Part shown: piece after piece, positions 37,366 to 46,894 of the stretch | Layout: every line of letters starts with the position of its first letter | Numbering within the stretch: position 1 is the stretch's first letter | NCBI GenBank assembly: GCA_963728205.1 | Contig: CAVSIV010000001.1 | Span: forward strand, 64,001-128,000 | From: an uncultured Chloroflexia bacterium | GTDB lineage: Bacteria; Chloroflexota; Dehalococcoidia; UBA2979 | Length of the DNA stretch: 64,000 nucleotides | Direction of reading: 5' to 3' | The notes under the pieces: generated by a model | Seen by the model: only the letters and a program-made list of their open reading frames with translations | The model's database searches: none | Told to the model about the DNA's origin: nothing | Program-made: the position numbers and the translations under genes

Positions 37366-40041
37366 CGGCGGCCGGCCCCCCCGGCCCGCTGCGCGTGCTC
37401 GAGGTGAGCGATCGCGACGAGGCGGCGGCGTACGCCGGTAAGCTCTTCGCGCGCTGGGGCGCCGATGTCACGCGCGTCGAGGCGGCGCCGCGGCGCGAGG
37501 ACGCGCCGCTCGCGCGGGCGCGCGAGCTCTACCTCCACGGCGGGAAGCGACGCATCGCGCTCGACTGGCGCGCTCCGGCGGGCCGCGCGTCGCTCGACGC
37601 GCTCGCGGCCGCCGCGGACGTCGTCGTCACCGACGCCTCGCCGCGCGACGTCGATGCCCACGACCTGCTCGCGCTCGGGGCGGGTGCGGGCGCCGCGCAC
37701 GCGCCGGTGCGCGTCTCGATCACGCCGTTCGGCCTGTCCGGCCCCTACCGCGACTTCGAGGCGACGAGCGCCACGCTGCTCGCGCTCGGCGGCTACACGT
37801 GGCTGATGGGCGACCCCGGCCGCGCGCCGCTGACGATGCCCGGGTCGTACGCCTGGTACCAGGCGGGGACGTTCGCGCACATCGCCGCGCTCGCCGCGGT
37901 GCTCGACACGACCGGCCCGCCGCCGGCGACGATCGAGGTGAGCGTGATGGAGTCGCTCGCCTCGCTGCACCAGTTCACCGACACGATGTGGACCTTCCAG
38001 GGCATCCTGCGCAGCCGCCACGGCAACCGCTGGGAGAACCTCTGTCCCACCACCCTGCTGCCGGCGATCGACGGCTGGTACGGCGTGAACATCCTCCCGA
38101 ACTTCTGGTTCCAGTTCGCGATGATGATCGGCCACCCGGAGTACACCGAGCCCGACCACCCGTTTGCGACGAACGACGGCCGCATGGCGCACCAGGACGA
38201 GGTCGAGGCGGTCGTCACCGAGGCGCTGCGCGACCGGGGCAAGGTGCGCATCTTCCGCGAGGGCCAGGAGACGTGGCGCGTGCCCGTCGGCGCCGCAGCC
38301 ACGCTCGGCGAGTTGTTCGTCGACCCGCACCTCGTGGAGCGCGGCTTCTGGCGTCCGCTCGACGACGTGCGTGCCCCCGGCGGCGACGTGCTGCTGACGC
38401 CGGGGTCGCCGTGGCGGTTCGTCGGCGAGGACGATGCCCGACGAAGCGGCCCCGGAGCCGGTGCGAGCGGCACCCTCCCCGGTGGCGCTCGACCCACCGG
38501 CGTCGGTTCGAGCGGCTGCTGGAAGGCTGCCGATCGACGAGCCGGACCGATCGGCACCCTCCCTGGTGCCGCTCGAACCACCGGCGTCAGTTCGAGCGGC
38601 TGCTGGAAGGCTGCCGATCGACGAGTCGGACCCATCGGCACCCTCCCTGGTGCCGCTCGAACCACCGGCGTCAGTTCGAGCGGCTGCTGGAAGGCTGCCG
38701 ATCGACGAGCCGGACCGATCGGCACCCTCCCCGGTGCCGATCGAAGCCGGCCCCCGTCCGCTCGCCGGCGTTCGCGTCGTCGACCTCACGCGCATCTGGT
38801 CCGGCCCCGTCGCCACGCGCATCCTCGGCGACCTCGGCGCGGAGGTGATCAAGGTCGAGGCGCGCATCGGGCGCGGCGCGGCCGTCGCGCCGGCCGACGT
38901 CGCGGGCGGGCGGCCGTGGAACGTGCAGGGCCTGTTCAACAAGCTCAACCGCAACAAGGAGAGCGTCTGCGTCGACCTCAAGAGCGACGCCGGCAAGGAG
39001 GCGTTCCTCCGCCTCGTCGCCGCCAGCGACGTCGTGATCGAGAACTTCAGCGCCCGCGCGATGCCGGGCCTCGGCCTCGGCTATGACGCGCTGCGCGCGG
39101 CCAACCCGCGCATCGTCTACCTGACCATGCCGGCGTTCGGACGATCGGGCGCCTATCGCGACTACGTCGGGCTCGGCCCGAGCATCGAGCCGACGACGGG
39201 CCTCACGGCGCTCATGGGCTACGCCGACGACGAGCCGCGCGTGACGGCGAAGGCGGTGACCGACCCCGGTGCCGGTACCACCGCCGCGTCCGCGATCCTC
39301 GTCGCGCTCGAGCGGCGCCGGCGCACCGGCGCGGGCGCGTTCATCGAGCTGTCGCAGCACGAATGCGGGATCCAGGTGCTCGGGGAGCACTTCATCGAGC
39401 GGCAGCTGACCGGCCGCGAGCCGTCGCGGCTCGGCAACGCGCACCCGGAGCACGCGCCGCACGGCATCTACCGCTGCGCGCCGCGCCCGATCGCGGGGCC
39501 GCCGAGCGGGGCCCCGGATGCGGCCGCGGCGGCGGCCGCGGCCTTCGCCGACGACCACTGGATCGCGCTCGCCGCCCGCGACGAGGCGGAGTGGCGCGCG
39601 CTGTGCGCCGTCGCCGGGCAGGGCTGGGACGCCGACCCGCGGTTCGCCGACGCCGCCGCCCGCCGCGCGCACCGCGCGGAGCTCGACGCGGCCGTCGAGG
39701 CGTGGACGTCGACGCGCGACAAACGCGAGCTGATGGAGCGCCTGCAGGCGGTCGGCGTGCCCGCCGGCGCCGTGCTCGCGCCGCCCGAGTGGTTGGCAGA
39801 CCCGCACCTCGCCGCGCGCGGCTACTTCGTCGAGCTCGACCACGCCGAGGCGGGGCGCAACCGCTGGGACGGGGCGCCGATCCTGCTGAACGGCGAGCGG
39901 CATTACGCCGGCTGGCAGCCCGCACCGCTGCTCGGCGAGGACAACCGCGCGGTGTTCACGCGCCTGCTGGGCTACACGGATGCCGAGGTGGACGCCCTGG
40001 TCGCCGAGGGCGCCCTCGCGGACCGCCCACCAGACGCGTAA
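37362..40041 (+). CDS. Fused two-domain family III CoA-transferase with a +1 frameshift near 38430 and a repeat-expanded linker
   Basis: First domain PLRVLEV...WGADV...GGKRR in frame 3; second domain PLAGVRVVDL...NRNKES...ENFS in frame 1; one extra base near 38430 joins them. Confidence 0.82.
38468..38746 (+). repeat. 84-bp tandem repeat (about 3.3 copies) of a hairpin element (family B)
   Basis: CCACCGGCGTC at 38494, 38578 and 38662; each unit has GATCGGC...GCTCGAA / TTCGAGC...GCCGATC arms. Confidence 0.92.
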
Positions 40042-40046
40042 GCGGG

Positions 40047-40245
40047 GCGCGCGGCAGGCCTCAGGCCTGCCGTGTGCAGCGGCACCCTCTCGAAACATGA
40101 GGTGCGCGCACGAACATCACCCACAGCGGCGGCAGATATGCCGCCGACAGGACGCGGACGCAGTCCGCGACTGGCGCCGCGCTTCTGTCGGCGGCATATC
40201 TGCCGCCGCTTTGACTTCCGACGAGGCCTGGAGCCCGCCGCGCGC
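40047..40245. repeat. Composite REP/MITE-like element
   Basis: Outer IR plus family A core at 40124-40210. Confidence 0.85.
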
Positions 40246-40250
40246 CGAAA

Positions 40251-40323
40251 CGAACGCCGGGCGTACCGCCCGGAGGAGGCGCGGCTCGCGATCGGCGCGC
40301 GCGTGGCGGTGGCGTTCTGCGAC
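40251..40323 (+). pseudogene. Internally deleted remnant of the DUF35/OB-fold locus at 46227-46694
   Basis: 40251-40272 is identical to 46227-46248; 40286-40323 matches 46657-46694 at 37/38 nt. Confidence 0.7.
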
Positions 40324-40339
40324 GAGCGTTCCGACGGCG

Positions 40340-43300
40340 CTACAACAGGCCCGGGAAGTCCGCCGACGGCACCGGTGGCGAGAGCAGGTATCCCTGGAAC
40401 AGGTCGCAGCCGATCTCCTCGAGGAAAGCCAGTTGCTCCTCGGTCTCGACACCCTCGGCCACCACTGTGAGCCCGAGTCGGTGGCCCAGGTCCACGATCG
40501 ACCGCGCGATGGCACGGTCCGTGTCGCTCGTGAGCGCGCCCTCCATGAACTCCTGCGCGATCTTCACGTAGTTCAGCGGGAGCCGTCGCAGATATCCGAG
40601 CGACGCATACCCGGTCCCGAAGTCATCAAGCGCGAGGTGCACACCCAGGTCGCGCAACGAGCGGAAGAGTGTCCCCTCCAGCGCTGCCGACTCGATGAAG
40701 TCCGACTCCGTCAGCTCGAGCACCAGGTGCCGCGTCTCCGTCCCGGCCACCGCCAGCGCCGCCTGCACGTCGTCGAGGAAGCCGCCGCTGCGCACCTGCC
40801 GCGCCGACACGTTCACTGAGACCACCAGCGACCGTCCCACCGCGTCCATCCACATCGCCACCGCGTCGAGCGCCTGCCGGAGCATCTCGCGGCCGATCTC
40901 GATGATCCGTCCCGTCTCCTCCGCGGTCTCCAGGAAGTCGGCCGGCCCGATCAGCCCGCGTTCCGGGTGCCGCCAGCGGACCAGCGCTTCCGCTCCTACG
41001 ACGCGGCGCGCTGACACGGTGGCGATCGGCTGGAAGTACGCCTCGAACTGCTGCGACTGCACCGCGAGGCTTAGCTCGCTCCCCAGCGTCAGGCGCGCCG
41101 TGGCGGCCGCGCTGAGCTCCGGCGTGAAGAAGCGGAAGACGTCGCGCCCCGCCGCCTTCGCTGCGTACATCGCCGCATCGGCGTTGCGAATGAGCGCTTC
41201 GGCATCCCTGCCGTCGTCCGGGCACACCGCGATGCCGATGCTCGCAGTCATGAAGATCTGCCGCCCCTCGACGATGAACGGGAGCCGAAGCGACTCCAGC
41301 ACCTTGTTCGCGACCAGGCCGGCCGACTCGCCCTCGGCGATATCCGGGAGCATCACGATCAGCTCGTCGCCGCCGATGCGCGCGAGGGTGTCCGTCGTGC
41401 GTAGGGCGTCGCGGACGCGCTCCGAGGCCAGCTGGAGCAGCGAGTCGCCGACGGAGTGCCCGAGCGAGTCGTTCACGTCCTTGAAGCGATCGAAGTCGAG
41501 GAACAGCACCGCAACGCGGTCGCCGGTGCGTCGCCCGCGGGCGATCGCCTGCTCGAGCCGGTCGCGCAGCACCACGCGATTGGGCAGGCGCGTCAGTGGG
41601 TCGTGCCGGGCGAGCCACATGACCTCGTCCTCGGCGGCGCGCTCGCGCGTGACGTCCTGCTGGACGGAGACCAGGTGCCGGATCGCTCCGTGCGCGTCGC
41701 GCACGGGCGCGAGCGTGAGGTCGGTGGTGAAGAGCGAGCCGTCCTTGCGCCGGCTCACGACGGTGGTTCGATGCGTCCGCCCCGCCTGGACTTCGCGAAG
41801 GAGTTCCGCGAAGAAGTCCTGTGGGTGCTCGCCCGAGCGCAGGACGTCGGCCCCCGCGTCGACGATCTCCTCGAGCGTGTACCCGGTCATCGCCGTGAAC
41901 GCACCGTTCACCCACTCCACGTGGCCGTCGAGGTCCGTGACCATGATCGCGTTCGCGGCCGCCTCCATCGCCTCTGACTGCAGCTGGAGCCGCTCGCGAT
42001 CCGCGGTGAAGCGCAGCGCGGTGCCCACCCGCTGCCCCCATACGTTCAGCACCGTGATCAGCTCCGGGGTGATGCCGGCCGGGTCGCGCGTGTAGGCCTT
42101 CAGCACGCCCGCGACCTCACCGACATCGGCCATGATCGGCAGCGCGAGCGAGGCCGTGAAGCCGTGTCGGCCGCTCGCGTCCCGCCATGGGACGTAGCGC
42201 GGGTCGTCGAACGACATCGCGGCCGGCGAGCCGGTGCGGATGGCGAGGCCCGCGGGCCCACGTCCGGCCGGCGTGTCATCCCAGCGATACTCGGCGTCCT
42301 CGAGGTACGCCTGCTCCGGTCCGCCGGAGGCGCGCACGCGGACCCGGCCGTCGGGCTCGCGCATGCCGACCCACACCAGGGGCAGGTCGAAGAGGAGCGC
42401 CAGGTGCTCGCATGCCATCGTCAGCATGCGGTCGGCCGGCTCGCCGCGGAAGATGCGCTGGCCGAGATCGAGCAGCAACTCGTAGGCGAGCCGGCGGCGG
42501 CGATGCTCGCTGACGTCCTCGATGATGATCACCGCACCGACGTCGGTGCTCGAGACCGAAAGCGGCGCGGCGGACACGCGCAGCGTTAGCCGCTCCGCGT
42601 CGCCCGTCTGCGCCGGCACGTCCTCCAGCACGACGCGTTCGCGTCGTTCCACGGCGGTGCGCAGGCGCGCGAGCGCGGCCCCCCGGATGAACGCGGGGAG
42701 CGGTTCGCCGACCACGTCCGCGGCGGCCACGCGGAGCAGTGACTCGGCGGCCGGGTTCCACAGGCGCACGCGACTCTCCTGATCGAGCACGATCACCGGC
42801 AGCGGCGTCGCGAGCGAGATCGCCCGGAGCGACTCCGCCGCGGTCGCGTGCTCACGCTGCAGCGCGACGAGCGCGCTCACGTCGCGGGCGACCCCGACGA
42901 TCATCGAGACCGCCCCGGACGCGTCACGCACCGGCGAGAGGCGGGTCTCGAACGTCCGCTGTCCGGCCGGGAAGGTGGCGCTCCACTGGTAGATGGCGGT
43001 CTCGCCGGCCCGCGCCCGCGCGAACGCCTCGAAGTGCGCGTCCCGCGTTCCGGGTCCGGACACGGCAGCGCTCAGGTCCGCGACCGAGCCGCCGACGAAC
43101 GCCTGCATCTCTGCGAGGTGCAGGCCGAGCACCGGGTATGGGTCGCCGTAGAACTCCACGAAGCGCCCGTCGAGGTCGATCGTGAAGAGGAGATCGTTCA
43201 TCGCGCCGGTCACGTCGCGGAGCGCCTTGAGCTCGTCCGCGCCCCCAGAGTGGTCGGTAACATCGCGCGCCGCACCCTCGACGGCGACCGGCCTGCCTGC

Positions 43301-44464
43301 AGCGTCGGCGACCCACGTCGTCGAGAACTCGAGGTCGACCGGGCCGGTCGCGCCGTCGAATCGGATCACCGGCGAACCCGTCGTGTGCTCACCGCGCAGC
43401 ACCGCGACGAGGAGCGAGCGCTGGTCCTGATGCGCGGCCTCAAGCAAGGCGCCGGGGCGCGCGAGGACGGCGTCTGGCGAGATCCCGAGCAGACGCTCGA
43501 CGGCGGGGGAGACGTAGTCGAACGCGATCTCCGCTCCGGCAGACACGGGCACAGCGGCGGCGATACGCGTGCGGAAGATCAGGCCGCCGGCACGCACCGC
43601 GAGCAGGCGCATGCGACCGCGGTCCTCCTTGAGCGCCGCGACCGCGCTCCGGTCGTCGACGGCGCAGGCCATCGCCTTCGCGACGGCGGAGAGCAGCACA
43701 CGCTCCTCGTCCAAGAACGGGCTCGACGTCTGTAGCGGTTGCACGGCGTAGGCAATCTCGATCGTGCCGACGGGCCCGTCCGCCGTCACGATCTCCTCGC
43801 GCTGCACCCAGGGCGTGACCGGGAAGGAGGCCGACTCGTAGACGCGGTCGCCGAGCGTGATCCGCGCGATCGTGAAGCGCGGTTCCTGCCACGCCGTCGG
43901 GAGCAGCTGGGCCAGCTGCTGCGCGAGCTCGTCGAGCGGCGCGGAGATGTTCGCGAGCATCGCCGTCACGCCGGCGAGCGCCCGGAGCTCCGTCAGGCGC
44001 TGGTCGAGCCGGCGGCCGACCGCGAGCGCGATCCGCTCCGCGTTGGTCTCGGCCGTGACGTCGCGCAGGATGACCACGACGTCGTTATCGGCCATCGGCA
44101 CGACGCGTGCCTCGCGCTCGAGTGCCTCGCCGCGCACCTCGATCGGGTACCGCGTCGTCTGCGTCCGCCCGCTCGAGCGCGCGAGACGAGCGGTTCGCTC
44201 GATGGCACCAGCGACATCCGCCGGGACGATGTCCGAGAGCCGGCGGCCGATGGTCTGCGATGGGAGGACGTAATGCGGCCAGGTCGCGGGCGCGATGTGC
44301 TCGCGGATCGCGCCGTCGGGGGTGAGGCGCAGCAGGACGTCGGGCGACCAGTCGCGTGCGGAGGTGAGGCGGTCGCCGGGTGGAGCGTCCGAGGTCACGG
44401 GGCGTCCTCTCGAGAGGCCCGCCCGCCCCTGTCTCGCGACGACCGGCGTCGCGAGCGTTGACAT
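40340..44464 (-). CDS. Multi-PAS/GAF diguanylate cyclase/phosphodiesterase (GGDEF-EAL)
   Basis: Several PAS/PAC and one GAF segment; HDPLTRLPNR, DFDRFKDVNDSLGH, RIGGDEL, EALVRW, LELTES, DDFGTGY, AEGVE, QGY. Confidence 0.92.
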   Translation of the reverse strand: MSTLATPVVARQGRAGLSRGRPVTSDAPPGDRLTSARDWSPDVLLRLTPDGAIREHIAPATWPHYVLPSQTIGRRLSDIVPADVAGAIERTARLARSSGRTQTTRYPIEVRGEALEREARVVPMADNDVVVILRDVTAETNAERIALAVGRRLDQRLTELRALAGVTAMLANISAPLDELAQQLAQLLPTAWQEPRFTIARITLGDRVYESASFPVTPWVQREEIVTADGPVGTIEIAYAVQPLQTSSPFLDEERVLLSAVAKAMACAVDDRSAVAALKEDRGRMRLLAVRAGGLIFRTRIAAAVPVSAGAEIAFDYVSPAVERLLGISPDAVLARPGALLEAAHQDQRSLLVAVLRGEHTTGSPVIRFDGATGPVDLEFSTTWVADAAGRPVAVEGAARDVTDHSGGADELKALRDVTGAMNDLLFTIDLDGRFVEFYGDPYPVLGLHLAEMQAFVGGSVADLSAAVSGPGTRDAHFEAFARARAGETAIYQWSATFPAGQRTFETRLSPVRDASGAVSMIVGVARDVSALVALQREHATAAESLRAISLATPLPVIVLDQESRVRLWNPAAESLLRVAAADVVGEPLPAFIRGAALARLRTAVERRERVVLEDVPAQTGDAERLTLRVSAAPLSVSSTDVGAVIIIEDVSEHRRRRLAYELLLDLGQRIFRGEPADRMLTMACEHLALLFDLPLVWVGMREPDGRVRVRASGGPEQAYLEDAEYRWDDTPAGRGPAGLAIRTGSPAAMSFDDPRYVPWRDASGRHGFTASLALPIMADVGEVAGVLKAYTRDPAGITPELITVLNVWGQRVGTALRFTADRERLQLQSEAMEAAANAIMVTDLDGHVEWVNGAFTAMTGYTLEEIVDAGADVLRSGEHPQDFFAELLREVQAGRTHRTTVVSRRKDGSLFTTDLTLAPVRDAHGAIRHLVSVQQDVTRERAAEDEVMWLARHDPLTRLPNRVVLRDRLEQAIARGRRTGDRVAVLFLDFDRFKDVNDSLGHSVGDSLLQLASERVRDALRTTDTLARIGGDELIVMLPDIAEGESAGLVANKVLESLRLPFIVEGRQIFMTASIGIAVCPDDGRDAEALIRNADAAMYAAKAAGRDVFRFFTPELSAAATARLTLGSELSLAVQSQQFEAYFQPIATVSARRVVGAEALVRWRHPERGLIGPADFLETAEETGRIIEIGREMLRQALDAVAMWMDAVGRSLVVSVNVSARQVRSGGFLDDVQAALAVAGTETRHLVLELTESDFIESAALEGTLFRSLRDLGVHLALDDFGTGYASLGYLRRLPLNYVKIAQEFMEGALTSDTDRAIARSIVDLGHRLGLTVVAEGVETEEQLAFLEEIGCDLFQGYLLSPPVPSADFPGLL

Positions 44465-44660
44465 CGAATTTCAGGTTATGCCCGATCGCCGGCAAGCGCG
44501 GACGGAGGCAATCCCGGTGTCGTCCGGCGGACGCTCCGGGGCGACGGCGCACGGAACGCCAGACGTCGGCCGCGCCGTCGCCCGCGGTGGGACGTGGTGT
44601 TGGCCCCCGCGCTTCGGCTCGGTGAGGGCGCGGACGCGTGTCGTCGCTACCGGGCGCGGA

Positions 44661-44820
44661 CTGCACACGGCAGTCATCGTTCCCGGGGGGCGCCGTGCGC
44701 GCATGAACGTTACCCAGAGCGGCGGCAGATGTGCCGCCGACAGAAGCGCGGCGCCAGCCGCGGACTGCGTCCGCGTCCTGTCGGCGGCATATCTGCCGCC
44801 GCTTAGACTTCCGACGAGGC
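44661..44820. repeat. Composite REP element
   Basis: GCGCCGTGCGCGCATGAACG flank plus family A core at 44718-44803. Confidence 0.85.
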
Positions 44821-44886
44821 GCTGGCGCCTGCCGGCGCCTGATACTCTCCTCGCGCCCATCACGCTCGTAGCACCGGAGGACGCCC

Positions 44887-46101
44887 ATGCCCGGGCTTCG
44901 CGACCAGTACGCCATCGTCGGCATCGGGATGACCGAGTTCTCGCGCAACTCCGGGCGCACCACGCGCGCGCTCGGCGTGGAGGCGGTGCGCGCGGCCATC
45001 CTCGACGCCGGCCTCACCGCCGCCGACGTCGACGGGATGCTCTCCTACCACGGCAACGACTCCACCACGTCGCCGGTGATCGCCGGCGACCTCGGCATCC
45101 GGCTCGACTTCTACATGGACTGCTCGGGCGGCGGCTCGAGCACCGAGGCGCTCATCGGCCTCGCGATGGGCGCCATCGAGGTCGGCATGTGCAAGACCGT
45201 CGCCATCTTCCGCGCGATGAACGGCTACACCGAGGCGCGCATCGGCGGCACCGGCCGCCAGGCGCCGGTGTTCCGCGGCGGCTCGATCGAGGCCGGCATC
45301 CACGGGATGCACTCGGCGGCGCAGTCCTTCGCGCCGTCCTTCATGCGCCACATGTACGAGTACGGCACGACCAGCGAGCAGGTCGCGCACGTGAAGGTCG
45401 CGCACAGCCACCACGCGTCGAACAACCCGCGCGCGCTCTACAAGCAGCGGGTGACTGTCGACGACGTCGTCAACTCGCGCTGGATCACGAAGCCGCTGCA
45501 CCTGCTCGACTGCTGCGTCGAGACCGACAACGGCGTGGCGATCATCGTGACGAGCGCCGACCGCGCCCGCGACCTGCGCCGGCCGCCCGCGTACATCATG
45601 GGCGTGGCCGGGCGCGTGAATAAGGAGCAGCCCGGCGGCTACCACTGGACGCGCGGGCCGATCTCGCGCGTCGCCGGCGTCTACGCCGCGCCAATCGTCT
45701 TCGGCCAGGCCGGCATCGGCCCCGAGGACGTCGACGTCACCGGATCCTACGACGCCTTCACCTTCACGACGATGCTGCAGCTCGAGGCCTACGGCTTCTG
45801 CAAGGAGGGCGAGGGCGGCGACTACGTCTCCAGCGGCATCATCGAGCTCGGCGGCGCGCGCCCGAACAACACGCACGGCGGACACCTGTGCGAGGGCTAC
45901 ACGCACGGCATCGGCCACGTCGTCGAGAACGTCCGCCAGCTGCGCCACCAGGCCGACGACTCGTGTCCCGGCTGGGAGCGCGGCGAGCACACGTACAACT
46001 ACCGCGAGGGCGGTTGCCGCCAGGCGAAGGACGTCGAGGTCACGATGAACCTCGGCTGGGCGAGCCCGCCGACGGGCTCCGCGCTGATCATGCACAACTA
46101 G
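44887..46101 (+). CDS. Thiolase-fold SCP-x/Ltp2-like protein (putative retro-aldolase)
   Basis: AIVGIGMT, PLHLLDCC, YDAFT, NTHGGHLCEGYTHG; GGAGG RBS. Confidence 0.85.
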   Translation: MPGLRDQYAIVGIGMTEFSRNSGRTTRALGVEAVRAAILDAGLTAADVDGMLSYHGNDSTTSPVIAGDLGIRLDFYMDCSGGGSSTEALIGLAMGAIEVGMCKTVAIFRAMNGYTEARIGGTGRQAPVFRGGSIEAGIHGMHSAAQSFAPSFMRHMYEYGTTSEQVAHVKVAHSHHASNNPRALYKQRVTVDDVVNSRWITKPLHLLDCCVETDNGVAIIVTSADRARDLRRPPAYIMGVAGRVNKEQPGGYHWTRGPISRVAGVYAAPIVFGQAGIGPEDVDVTGSYDAFTFTTMLQLEAYGFCKEGEGGDYVSSGIIELGGARPNNTHGGHLCEGYTHGIGHVVENVRQLRHQADDSCPGWERGEHTYNYREGGCRQAKDVEVTMNLGWASPPTGSALIMHN

Positions 46102-46221
46102 GCGCGCGGCAGGCGTCCGAGCGTGCCGTGCGCAGCGGCCGCCTCCCGTCGGCGTGAGGGTGCCACCTCACGGCGCGAGAGGCACCACGAGCCACGGCAG
46201 GCCCGAAGCCTGCCGCGCGCC
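46102..46221. repeat. Outer-IR-only copy of the composite element
   Basis: GCGCGGCAGGC...TGCCGTG / CACGGCAGGCCCGAAGCCTGCCGCGCGC. Confidence 0.65.
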
Positions 46222-46277
46222 CACGGCGAACGCCGGGCGTACCGCCCGCCGGTCGCCATCACCACAAGGAGTCCCCC

Positions 46278-46775
46278 ATGTCCGAATACCTCGGCGTCCA
46301 GGTCGCGATCGCGGAGAACGACCCCGAGCACCGCGCGTTCCTCGAGGCCGCCGGCCGCGGCGAGCTCGTCCTCCAGCGCTGCGCCGACTGCGGGAAGCTG
46401 CGCTACCCGGTCGGCAACGCGTGCCCGTTCTGCATGTCGCTCGCGTCGGAGTGGGCGCCGGTGAGCGGGCGCGGTGCGATCTACTCGTACGAGATCGTCA
46501 CGCACGCGATCCATCCCGCGTTCCTGGTGCTCACCCCGTACCCGCTCGTGCTCGTCGAGCTCGACGAGCAGCGCGGCGTCCCCGGCGAGCACGACGCGCT
46601 GCGCGTGCTGTCGCTGCTCGTCGACGCCGACGGCCGGCCGGAGCAGGAGGAGCGCGTCGCGATCGGCGCGCGCGTGGCGGTGGAGTTCTGCGACCTCGGC
46701 GACGGCCTCGCGCTCCCGCGGTTCCGGTTGACCGACGAGGCGCCGGAGCACGCGCCGTGGCGGTACGAGGGCTAG
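46278..46775 (+). CDS. DUF35 Zn-ribbon/OB-fold protein (ChsH2 C-terminal-like)
   Basis: QRCADCG...CPFC zinc ribbon, SGRGAIYSY, PYPLVLVELDE, IGARV; AAGGAG RBS. Confidence 0.88.
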   Translation: MSEYLGVQVAIAENDPEHRAFLEAAGRGELVLQRCADCGKLRYPVGNACPFCMSLASEWAPVSGRGAIYSYEIVTHAIHPAFLVLTPYPLVLVELDEQRGVPGEHDALRVLSLLVDADGRPEQEERVAIGARVAVEFCDLGDGLALPRFRLTDEAPEHAPWRYEG

Positions 46776-46778
46776 GGG

Positions 46779-46891
46779 CGCGCGGCAGGCTTCAGGCGTG
46801 CCGTGTCAATGGGGTGCTGCTGCAGCCCGAGGTGGCCGACTCTGGCCGGTGAGTCACTCGCGATCCACGGCAGGCCTGAAGCCTGCCGCGC
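46779..46891. repeat. Outer-IR-only copy of the composite element between convergent genes
   Basis: GCGCGGCAGGCTTCAGGC...GCCTGAAGCCTGCCGCGC. Confidence 0.7.
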
Positions 46892-46894
46892 ACC

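Noticed and set aside
38468-38746. Possible CRISPR array (palindromic repeats)
   Set aside because: 84-bp tandem duplications with no variable spacers, intragenic
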